A DNA stretch of 49,815 nt. Source: Hymenobacter sp. GTDB lineage: Bacteria; Bacteroidota; Bacteroidia; Cytophagales; Hymenobacteraceae. The position numbers and the translations under genes were made by a program. The stretch's first letter is position 1, and each line of letters opens with the position of its first letter. Shown here one piece after another: positions 8,893-18,934 of the stretch. The notes beneath the pieces are model-generated. The model worked only from the letters and a program-made list of their open reading frames with translations. It did not search any database and was not told where the DNA came from. The DNA is taken from assembly GCA_025353745.1 (NCBI GenBank), contig JANXOE010000302.1, forward strand, positions 1 through 49,815, given 5' to 3'.

Positions 8893-9453
8893 ATGGCTGA
8901 CCAACGAGTAGCGGCCCGCTACGCCAAGTCGCTGCTCGACCTCGGGCAGGAGCAAGGCATCCTGGAGACGGTGAAGCAAGACATGGACCTGCTGGGTCAG
9001 GTCGTGGGCGACAGCCGCGAGCTGCGCTTGCTTCTGCGCAACCCCATCGTGAAGCACGACAAGAAGCTGGCCATCCTCACCGCGCTGTTCCAAGGCAAAG
9101 TGTCGGACCTGACCATGCGCTTTTTTACCCTTCTCACCCAAAAAAACCGGGAAAGCGCGCTGGAAGGCGTCGCCACCGAGTTCAAGGTGCAGTACAATGC
9201 CTTGCGTGGCATTCAAACGGCCGAAGTGACTTCGGCCGTGGCCCTCACGCCCGCCCTGCGCACCCAAATGCGCCAGGAAGTGACGCGCCTGAGCGGCCTC
9301 GCCGACGTGGAGCTGGCCGAAAAAGTGGACCCGGCCCTGATTGGCGGTTTCGTGCTGCGGGTGGGCGACCGCCAGCTCGACGATTCCGTGCGCTCCGGCC
9401 TGCGGAACATTCGCACCGCCCTGCAAGAAAATTCATATCAAAATAACCTGTAA
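8893..9453 (+). CDS. atpH: F1 ATP synthase subunit delta
   Basis: AARYAKSL, VDPALIGG, GDRQLDDSV. Confidence 0.96.
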   Translation: MADQRVAARYAKSLLDLGQEQGILETVKQDMDLLGQVVGDSRELRLLLRNPIVKHDKKLAILTALFQGKVSDLTMRFFTLLTQKNRESALEGVATEFKVQYNALRGIQTAEVTSAVALTPALRTQMRQEVTRLSGLADVELAEKVDPALIGGFVLRVGDRQLDDSVRSGLRNIRTALQENSYQNNL

Positions 9454-9462
9454 GTCAGCATC

Positions 9463-11046
<1,584 letters not shown>

Positions 11047-11058
11047 TTAAAGCCGAAC

Positions 11059-11182
11059 GAAACCGTCTGTCATTGCGCGGAGGAACGACCAAGCAATCTT
11101 CCTTATCGTCAGCATCAACCAAGCGGTGCCCACGGAAGGAGCGATTGCCCCGTCGTTCCTCCGCGCAATGACAGACGGTTTC
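11059..11182. repeat. Palindromic intergenic element (REP/MITE-like), 31-bp perfect terminal inverted arms
   Basis: GAAACCGTCTGTCATTGCGCGGAGGAACGAC (11059-11089) is the exact reverse complement of 11152-11182; an inner GCAATC/GATTGC pair extends the stem. Confidence 0.85.
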
Positions 11183-11203
11183 AGTTCTTAATCTATTTGT
11201 TTT

Positions 11204-12088
11204 ATGGCTAGTTTAAAAGAAGTCCGCTCGCGCATCCAATCGGTGAGCAGCACGCAGCAGATTACCAAAGCCATGAAAATGGTGGCGGCGGCCAAGCTGC
11301 GCCGGGCCCAGGACAACATCGTGCGCATGCGGCCCTACGCCCAGCGCCTGAACGCCATCCTGGCCAACCTGACCCGCACGGCCGACGCCGACGTGGTGAG
11401 CGACTACGGCACGGTGCGCGAGGTGCGCCGGGTGCTGGTCATCGCCATTACTTCGGACCGGGGCCTGGCGGGGGCCTTCAACTCCAACGTCTTCAAGGGC
11501 GTGGCCGCGCTGGTGGCCGAGCGTTACGCCAAACTGCCGGCGGCCAACATCTCGGTGATGGCCATCGGCAAGAAGGCCAACGACTACTACGCCAAGCGCA
11601 ACACGCTGGTGGGCAACTACACGCACGTGTTTGCGCAGTTGTCGTTCGACACGGTGCGGGTGGCGGCCGAGCAGGCCATGGCCGGCTTCCGCGACGGGGC
11701 CTACGACGAAGTGGTGATGGTGTACAACGAGTTTCGCAACGTGGCCACGCAAGTGGTGCGCGCCGAGCAGCTGCTGCCGCTGGTGCCCGCCGAGGCCCCG
11801 GTCAATGCCGCCGCCACGAGCAACGTGGACTATATTTTTGAGCCCAGCAAGGAGGAGATTGTGCAAACGCTCATCCCGCAGTCGCTAAAAATCCAACTTT
11901 ACAAAGCGGTGCTGGAAAGCAATGCTTCGGAGCACGGGGCCCGTATGACGGCCATGGACAAAGCCACCGAAAACGCGGGCGAACTGCTGAAGGCCTTGAA
12001 ACTGACCTATAATCGGACGCGTCAGGCGGCCATCACCACCGAGATTCTCGAAATTGTGGGCGGGGCCGAAGCTTTGGCCGCTGGCTAA
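11204..12088 (+). CDS. atpG: F1 ATP synthase subunit gamma
   Basis: ITKAMKMVAAAKL, SDRGLAG, SEHGARMTAMDKATENA, RQAAITTEILEI. Confidence 0.99.
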   Translation: MASLKEVRSRIQSVSSTQQITKAMKMVAAAKLRRAQDNIVRMRPYAQRLNAILANLTRTADADVVSDYGTVREVRRVLVIAITSDRGLAGAFNSNVFKGVAALVAERYAKLPAANISVMAIGKKANDYYAKRNTLVGNYTHVFAQLSFDTVRVAAEQAMAGFRDGAYDEVVMVYNEFRNVATQVVRAEQLLPLVPAEAPVNAAATSNVDYIFEPSKEEIVQTLIPQSLKIQLYKAVLESNASEHGARMTAMDKATENAGELLKALKLTYNRTRQAAITTEILEIVGGAEALAAG

Positions 12089-12114
12089 GGCGTTCGAATA
12101 AAAATGCAAATTAG

Positions 12115-12149
12115 AAGGCCCCGTAACCAACTGGTTGCGGGGCCTTTTT
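12115..12149 (+). terminator. Rho-independent terminator after atpG
   Basis: AAGGCCCCGTAACCA...TGGTTGCGGGGCCTT followed by T-tract. Confidence 0.8.
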
Positions 12150-12188
12150 GTGCCGCGATGCTTCGCTTGAGAAGGTACTGTTTGCTGG

Positions 12189-12929
12189 TTATTGGTTCCA
12201 GATTTCCCAGGCGGCTTCGGCTTGCAGGCACAGCATCTCGAAACCGTTTTTGACGTGGGCCCCCGCTGCCCGGCCGTGGGCCATGAACTGGGTTTCGGCG
12301 GGGTTGTACACCAAATCGTAGAGGTAATGCGCAGGCGTGAAGGCGGCGTAGGGCAGGCGCGGGCACTCGTCGACGTGCGGAAACGTGCCCACCGGCGTGG
12401 CGTTGACGATAAGCGGGTGCCCGGCCAGCAGCGCCGGCGTCAGGTCGTCGTAAGTGAGGCCGGGGCCTAGGGGGCGGCGGCCCACCAGCCAGTAGGCAAT
12501 GCCCAGTTCGTGCAGGGCCACTTCCACGGCTTTGGCGGCCCCGCCCATGCCCAGCACCAGGGCCCTCGCCTCGGGGCCCCGCAGCGGAAAAAACTGGCGC
12601 AACGACTCGCGGAAACCCACGTAGTCGGTGTTGTGGCCCACCAAGCGGCCGTCGGGGCGTACGTCAATCACGTTGACGGCCCCCACGCGGGCGGCAGCGG
12701 GCGTCACCTCGTCCAGAAAAGGCCACACTTCTTCCTTGTAAGGCACCGTCACGTTGAGGCCGCGCAGGCCGGGGTGGGCGCGCAGCAGCGCCGGCAGGGC
12801 GGCGGCGCTGGGCAGCTCAAACAGGTCGTAGCGGCAATCGGTGAGCCCGAGGCTGTAGAACTTCTGGGTGAAGTACGTCTGCGAAAAGGAATGGCCGAGC
12901 GAGCGGCCGATGAGTCCAAACTCACGCAT
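12189..12929 (-). CDS. aroE: Shikimate dehydrogenase
   Basis: GLIG..LGHSFS, GLNVTVPYK, GAVN, NTD, GMGGAA, NATP, YDLVYNP, NG.EML.LQA. Confidence 0.95.
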   Translation of the reverse strand: MREFGLIGRSLGHSFSQTYFTQKFYSLGLTDCRYDLFELPSAAALPALLRAHPGLRGLNVTVPYKEEVWPFLDEVTPAAARVGAVNVIDVRPDGRLVGHNTDYVGFRESLRQFFPLRGPEARALVLGMGGAAKAVEVALHELGIAYWLVGRRPLGPGLTYDDLTPALLAGHPLIVNATPVGTFPHVDECPRLPYAAFTPAHYLYDLVYNPAETQFMAHGRAAGAHVKNGFEMLCLQAEAAWEIWNQ

Positions 12930-13032
12930 AGTGCGGTGATAAGGCCAGGGCAGGAGCAGCCCAAAACAACACATGGAAAGCGCCCCGGACATGCCCAGCC
13001 GGAACCATTCTTTCAAAAGCTGCCGCTGCGAT

Positions 13033-13713
13033 TTAGCGCGGCGGGGCCCCCGGGCGCGTGCCGGCAGCCGGCTGGGGGCCCATCTTGCTTTTCACGAACG
13101 ACCACAGCGGCGGCAGCACCGACAGCACGATGATGCCCAGCACCACCAGCTCGAAGTTTTTCTTCACCACTTCGATGTTGCCAAACAAGTAGCCCGCCGT
13201 CGTGAGCAGCGTTACCCACAGCACGGCCCCCACGATGCTGAACGACGCAAAGTGCCGGTACGTCATGGTGCCCACGCCCGCCACGAACGGGGCAAACGTG
13301 CGCACAATCGGCACGAAGCGGGCCATGATGATGGTTTTGCCGCCGTGCTTGGCGTAGAACGCCTGGGTCTGGTCGAGGTATTTGCGCTTCATGAACTTGA
13401 AGTCTTCGCGGAACACCCGGGGCCCCAGGTAATCGCCCACGGCGTAGTTCACGTTGTCGCCGATGAAGGCGGCCGCAATCAGCAGCGGCACAATCACCCA
13501 CACGCTCAGGCCGGTTTCGGGGCGCGCCGCCAGGGCCCCGGCGGCAAACAGCAGCGAGTCGCCGGGCAGGAAAGGGAACACGATGACGCCCGTTTCGGTG
13601 AAGACGATGAGGAACAGCACCAGGTAAGTCCAGGTGCCGTAGCTGTGCACCACGTCGACCAGGGCTTTGTCGAGGTGCAGTAAGATGTCGAAGAAGTGCT
13701 TAACGATTTCCAT
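13033..13713 (-). CDS. DedA family membrane protein
   Basis: ETG..FPFLPGDSLLFAAG, GDNVNY, ARFVPIVRTFAPFVAG. Confidence 0.95.
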   Translation of the reverse strand: MEIVKHFFDILLHLDKALVDVVHSYGTWTYLVLFLIVFTETGVIVFPFLPGDSLLFAAGALAARPETGLSVWVIVPLLIAAAFIGDNVNYAVGDYLGPRVFREDFKFMKRKYLDQTQAFYAKHGGKTIIMARFVPIVRTFAPFVAGVGTMTYRHFASFSIVGAVLWVTLLTTAGYLFGNIEVVKKNFELVVLGIIVLSVLPPLWSFVKSKMGPQPAAGTRPGAPPR

Positions 13714-13969
13714 TTGGTCGGCAACGAATAAAGCACAAAGGAAGCTTGCCGCGCGCAAAGGCAGCCCGGCCCACCGATCCAAGGGGTCGTCGATTTAATT
13801 AATCACAGATTGATTGCATTTGAACGGGTAAAAATTGATTTTGCCAGGACAATGGCACGGTATTTCCCGAGTCATTTGATGTATTAATTATACAATAGAA
13901 TTTCTGCAATAAATCAATTAACCCTTTTTTCGAATTGTCGTTAAATCCCAAAATATTATTTTTATTGAA

Positions 13970-14893
13970 ATGATTGTTTACAAAACGGGGGATTGGTGGA
14001 AAGCTTTGTGGCACTTTCACACATCCGAGGTTATCCGCCTCCTCTTGGTGCGGGTGGCAGTAGTGGGACTTTACGGCACGGCCATCGCCGTGGCTGGCCT
14101 CAAGTTTCACGAGCTCAACATCCGCATCGGCCGCGAATACTTCTCCTTTCTGGGCATTTTGCTAAGCCTGCTGCTGGTGTTCCGCACCAACACGGCCTAT
14201 GACCGCTACTACGAAGGCCGTAAGGTGTGGGGGCAGCTGGTGTCGCAGTGCCGGGGCCTGGCCATGGAGCTGAACGCGCTATTGCCGCGCGAGGCCCACG
14301 CCAGCCGCCGCTATTTCGCCGCCCTCATCTCCAACTTCCCGCTGGCCTTGCAGGGCAGCCTGCGCAACAACATTCGTTTCGACAAGCTCGAAGCCACGCC
14401 CGACATCATGGAACGTTTGCGCACGGCAGAAAACGTGCCCACCACCATCATCGCGGTAATTATGGAGAGCGTGGAACAGCTGCGGCAAGTCGAAATTTTC
14501 GATTCGGTGCACCTCATCAACCTGAAAGTGCACTACGTGGCCATGATGGCGGTGAACGGTACGTGCGAACGAATTAAAGCTACGCCAATTCCATATTCCT
14601 ACAGCTTCTTTATTAAATGCTACATCACCATTTTCATCATGGTGATGCCCATTGTGCTGCTCGAAACCTGCGGCTACTGGATGGTGCCCATCACCATGAT
14701 TGGCGCCTACGCCATGCTGGGCCTGGAAATGATTGGCAACGAAATCGAAAATCCTTTTGGGTACGACAGCAACGATCTGCCCATCAGCCAGTTATCTAAC
14801 AAAATCCGCGTGAGCGTACACGACCTTCTCAACGTGGAGCTGGCCGAGGAAAAACGTGCTTTGGCAACGGTGCCTTATAGCGTAGTACATTAG
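13970..14893 (+). CDS. Bacterial bestrophin family ion channel
   Basis: LLVFRTNTAYDRYYEGRK.WG, CERIK.TPIP.SY, EIENPFG.D.NDLP. Confidence 0.93.
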   Translation: MIVYKTGDWWKALWHFHTSEVIRLLLVRVAVVGLYGTAIAVAGLKFHELNIRIGREYFSFLGILLSLLLVFRTNTAYDRYYEGRKVWGQLVSQCRGLAMELNALLPREAHASRRYFAALISNFPLALQGSLRNNIRFDKLEATPDIMERLRTAENVPTTIIAVIMESVEQLRQVEIFDSVHLINLKVHYVAMMAVNGTCERIKATPIPYSYSFFIKCYITIFIMVMPIVLLETCGYWMVPITMIGAYAMLGLEMIGNEIENPFGYDSNDLPISQLSNKIRVSVHDLLNVELAEEKRALATVPYSVVH

Positions 14894-15090
14894 AATCACG
14901 GATTAATCAAATAGGCTTAAAGCAATAAAATTTCGGGAATTCTGCATGAAATCAGATATTATTTAAAGATTCCCATTTAAAGTCCAACGCCCCATATAAC
15001 GGTGCGTATATGCGCCCCGGATAAGCTCCCAACTGCTAAATATCTTTCACTTTGATGCCCAGCCATCTGGAATCACACTTACAATCTGCC

Positions 15091-17907
15091 ATGAAAAGAA
15101 ACACACTCATTCAATACCTGCTGCGCAATCGGTGGGCTTCACCCTTTTTAGTTGCATTACTAGCTTTAATGGTTGGCTTGGGTAGTTTTTCCAATGCTAA
15201 CGCGCAGTCGACGGTTAATATTCGCAACGTAATTGTTACGGCCGGTGCCAATGCCGCTGCTACTACCGATACCTACGACGCAATGGCCAACGCCGGCGGC
15301 ACCACAATTGGCGGCGGCATCTTCGCCGGCACAAACTTTGGTACGCTCGACGTAAGCGTTGGCCGCCTGCTGTTGCAGGGGGGCACGATACAAATTGTCG
15401 AAAACAATGGCGAAACATACAATTCGGCCGCTGTGAACTTTGTGGTGGCCCCCGGCACGCTCACCGACGGTTCGAATACCGTGGTCACGCAATCAGTGCC
15501 GCTGACCATGACGAGCTACGATGCATCGAATAAAACACGGACGTTCTCGTTCAGTAACGCCGGCCGGGACCTTTTGGCGTTGGCCACAACCGCTGGCACC
15601 CCGGGTACCAGCTACCGTTTCGATATCAACGTCAGTGCCACCGGCCAAGACAGCGACGGCACTACAGTTTATTTAACTGGAGCTAGACGTCGTTCGCAAT
15701 TTACTGCGACGGGCGTTCCCACCTTTAATCCGACGCTTTCGGCTACTACCGTCCTCGTTGCGCCGGGCGGCGGGGCAAACGTATCGTACGATGCCAATAA
15801 CCCGCCGAATAGCAAGCCTTTCGACGGAGCCAATTTGGGTACGTTTGACGTAAACAACGGCAAGCTGCTGCTCAACGGTGGCACGGCTACCACCAGAGAG
15901 AATGGCTACAACGAAATCAGCAACGTGACCCTTTACTACCGCGTCCGGACTCTCAATACGGGTGGGGGAAGTTTCATGCCGGTTGGGCTCACACAAACCA
16001 ACCTAACTACGAATGCCGATGGCTCGCGGACACGAACTTTTGCCCTTTCGACGGCTGCGCTAAATTTGTTGGCTTTTGCTACGGCCACAACCGGTTATAA
16101 TGTAGATATTTATCTGCAGGCGAGTGGATCAAATAGCTCAACTAAAAATGCATTCACCATCCGCGACGATAACAGCAGCAAATATTACGTTGCCAGTTTT
16201 GCTGTGAACGGCACCCCCATTGCCACCACTACCTGGACGGGCGGGGTCAATGATAACTGGTTTGATAATGGGAACTGGACTAACCATGTGCCTACCGCGA
16301 TAACTAACGCCGTTATTCCAAATTTTCCGAGTGGCGCAACGGTTCAATACCCCAATATTTACAGCGACGTGATTAAGCAGCCCACGAGTGCCATTGACAT
16401 CACGAACCCGGATGGCACCGTTGACCACGTTCCGGCTTCGCCTGGGTATAGCAACCTAAATTCGGGGAATGCCAAAGTACGCAACCTCACGCTGGAGGGC
16501 AGTACGCAGCTCGACCGCAGCATTCTGCGCTTGGTGCAGGGCCGATTGGATGTGTTTGGGGATTTCAACAACCCGCAGGGTAGCTTTATTCAGCGTTCGG
16601 GCGGTATCATCAGCTTCAAAAGTTCCGGTAACCAGACTATCAGCGGCTCCATCAACGGTTTCGTGAAGGTTGAAATTGACGGGGATCCCGGCAGCATTAA
16701 AAACCTGACCAACAGCTTTACCGTGAAATCCGGCGGATACCTGAAATTTATCAATGGCATCCTGCAAACGAACATTGCGCTGGTAAGCAGCAACTTTATC
16801 TCGTTCGAAGGCGCTTCCACGGATGAAAGAACGCCGGCGGCTCAATTGCTGGGCGAGTCGGAAACCAGCTATTTCCGTGGCTTCCTGACCACCACGCAGC
16901 AAGCCCGCCCCGGTACTGAGCAGAATTTCAGCAACGTCGGCTTGTCGCTTGCCTTTATTGGAAACGACCCGGGTTCGGTGACGGTGACCCGTAACACCGC
17001 CGGCAACTACCCCGAAACGGCTTTCCGCAACACCAAGCCCAGCATTCGGCGGGTGTTCGGTGTGCAGCCCACCAACCCTAACACCAACAGTGGGGGATTG
17101 AATGCCACGGTTAAGTTTACTTATCTCACCAACGAGTTGTCGGACTTGCGCACTTCGTCCGGGGCCCTCACCAGCGATGATGCGGATAAACTGGCGCTGT
17201 ACGTTTCCAGCACGGGCGGCAACAGCTTCAGTCAGTTGGGCCGCGACTCGAACGTTGGCAACGTTCTGACCAAGAACGGCGTGACCACGTTTGCCACCTT
17301 TACGCTCAGCGAGCAGCAAGTGCCTTTGCCGGTGGAGCTGATATCGTTTGAAGCCCAGCGGTCGGGAACCAACGCCCTGATGACCTGGGCCACGGCTTCG
17401 GAAATGAGCAACTCTGGCTTCGAAGTGCAGGTTTCGACCGACGGGACCAACTTCCGCAAAATTGCTTTCGTGGCGAGCCTGGCCATCAACAGCAACAGCC
17501 TGTTGAAATACAGCTACCTCGACGAAGTAAGCGGCAAGTCGGGGGCCCGGTACTACCGGTTGCGTCAAATCGACCAGGACGGCAAAAATGTGTTTTCGCC
17601 CGTGCGGGTCGTGAACTTCTCCGGCGGCCCCGAGGGCCCCCGGCAGGCCACGCTCACGGCTTACCCGAATCCGTTCGCGGACGGCGACCGCCTCACGTTG
17701 GTCGTGCAAACCGCCACGGCTGGCAACGCCCACCTGCAGGTAATGGACCTGCTGGGCCGCGAGCTGTCCCGCCAGGACTTCACCACCGAAGGAGGCATTA
17801 CCGAAGTAAACATCTCGGGCACCACTCGCCTGACCAACGGCATTTACTTGGCCAAAATAACGCTGGCCACGGGCGAGGTGAAAACAATCCGGATTCAGAA
17901 GCACTAG
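15091..17907 (+). CDS. Secreted T9SS cargo protein (type A CTD) of unknown function
   Basis: Signal peptide ending ANA|Q; TWTG...W...GNW motif; PLPVELISF.A..W.TASE..N.GF.V Ig-like module; CTD AYPNPF...NGIYLAKI. Confidence 0.9.
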   Translation: MKRNTLIQYLLRNRWASPFLVALLALMVGLGSFSNANAQSTVNIRNVIVTAGANAAATTDTYDAMANAGGTTIGGGIFAGTNFGTLDVSVGRLLLQGGTIQIVENNGETYNSAAVNFVVAPGTLTDGSNTVVTQSVPLTMTSYDASNKTRTFSFSNAGRDLLALATTAGTPGTSYRFDINVSATGQDSDGTTVYLTGARRRSQFTATGVPTFNPTLSATTVLVAPGGGANVSYDANNPPNSKPFDGANLGTFDVNNGKLLLNGGTATTRENGYNEISNVTLYYRVRTLNTGGGSFMPVGLTQTNLTTNADGSRTRTFALSTAALNLLAFATATTGYNVDIYLQASGSNSSTKNAFTIRDDNSSKYYVASFAVNGTPIATTTWTGGVNDNWFDNGNWTNHVPTAITNAVIPNFPSGATVQYPNIYSDVIKQPTSAIDITNPDGTVDHVPASPGYSNLNSGNAKVRNLTLEGSTQLDRSILRLVQGRLDVFGDFNNPQGSFIQRSGGIISFKSSGNQTISGSINGFVKVEIDGDPGSIKNLTNSFTVKSGGYLKFINGILQTNIALVSSNFISFEGASTDERTPAAQLLGESETSYFRGFLTTTQQARPGTEQNFSNVGLSLAFIGNDPGSVTVTRNTAGNYPETAFRNTKPSIRRVFGVQPTNPNTNSGGLNATVKFTYLTNELSDLRTSSGALTSDDADKLALYVSSTGGNSFSQLGRDSNVGNVLTKNGVTTFATFTLSEQQVPLPVELISFEAQRSGTNALMTWATASEMSNSGFEVQVSTDGTNFRKIAFVASLAINSNSLLKYSYLDEVSGKSGARYYRLRQIDQDGKNVFSPVRVVNFSGGPEGPRQATLTAYPNPFADGDRLTLVVQTATAGNAHLQVMDLLGRELSRQDFTTEGGITEVNISGTTRLTNGIYLAKITLATGEVKTIRIQKH

Positions 17908-17935
17908 CCCCGTCGGGCAACAACCGCCCGACGTA

Positions 17936-17980
17936 ACGCAAAAGAGCCGGCCCCCGCAATGGGGGCCGGCTCTTTTGCGT
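17936..17980. terminator. Bidirectional terminator between convergent genes
   Basis: Perfect 20-bp stem ACGCAAAAGAGCCGGCCCCC/GGGGGCCGGCTCTTTTGCGT. Confidence 0.85.
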
Positions 17981-17996
17981 GAAGCAGGTATTCGCT

Positions 17997-18827
17997 TTAC
18001 CCGCGCGGCATAGATGTGCCGGGCTTGCCCGTTTTGGCGGCGGGCCGGAACATGGGGTCCACGGCGTCCATGTCGAGGAAGTGGGTGAACGTGTCGCCGC
18101 GCAAGCCCAGGCGGATGGTTTCGAGGCTCACGATTTCGTTGGGGGCGATGTTGCCCAGGTTCACGTTGGCCCCCAGCAGCTTGATGAACCACACCTGTTG
18201 GGCCTTCTGCGGCGCTTCCCAGATGATTTTTTCGGACGGAATTTTGGTCAGGATTTCCTCCACCAAGCCCGAGCGTACCTCGCCGGTGCTGCGGAACAAA
18301 CCTACGTTGCCGCCCTCGCGGGCCTCGCCGATGACCTTGATGGCCCCGGCTTCCAGCTCGGTTTCCATCTGCGAAATCCACTTGTAGGGCGGGATGATTT
18401 TCTCGGCGTCCTTGCTGCCCACCTCGCTCAGCACCCGCACCGACCGGCTCAGTTCGCGGATGTACTCGCACTTGCGCTCGTGGTCAAGGTCGATGCTGCC
18501 GTCCGATACCTCGGCGTATTCCATGCCGTAGGTGTCGAGCAGGCGGCGGTAGTCGTCGAACTGGTTGCGGATGATGAAGGCTTCAAACAGCGTGCCCCCG
18601 AAATACACGGGAATCCCGGCGGCCCGGTAAATTTCCAGCTTGCGCTTGAGGTTGGGCACCACGTAGGACGTGGCCCAGCCCAGCTTCACCACGTCGGTGT
18701 AAGGGGCCCCAATTTCCAGAAAATCCTCCACCTCGCGCAGGCTCAGGCCCTTGTCCATCACCATGGTATAGCCTTGCTCACGGGGCTTGGCGGTGCGGTC
18801 GGGAAGTTGATTCAGCGAATAGTTCAT
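17997..18827 (-). CDS. comA: Phosphosulfolactate synthase (ComA family)
   Basis: KPR..G.TMV.DKGL, D.VKLGW.TS, GGTLFE, EVSDG, SEVG.K, EARE.G, IWEAP.K.QQ, NVNLGNI, ETIRLGLRGDT. Confidence 0.92.
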   Translation of the reverse strand: MNYSLNQLPDRTAKPREQGYTMVMDKGLSLREVEDFLEIGAPYTDVVKLGWATSYVVPNLKRKLEIYRAAGIPVYFGGTLFEAFIIRNQFDDYRRLLDTYGMEYAEVSDGSIDLDHERKCEYIRELSRSVRVLSEVGSKDAEKIIPPYKWISQMETELEAGAIKVIGEAREGGNVGLFRSTGEVRSGLVEEILTKIPSEKIIWEAPQKAQQVWFIKLLGANVNLGNIAPNEIVSLETIRLGLRGDTFTHFLDMDAVDPMFRPAAKTGKPGTSMPRG

Positions 18828-18873
18828 GGGCAAAAATGCGTTTTGTTGGCCCGCAAGTACGGCAGGCAATAAT

Positions 18874-18906
18874 AAAAAACCTGCCCGCTCCAAAGAGCAG
18901 GCAGGC
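18874..18906 (-). terminator. Terminator-like hairpin between the TPR gene and comA
   Basis: Minus strand GCCTGCCTGCTC-TTTG-GAGCGGGCAGGT followed by TTTTT. Confidence 0.55.
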
Positions 18907-18934
18907 ACAAAAATAAGCCTAAACGCCGCCGCCG

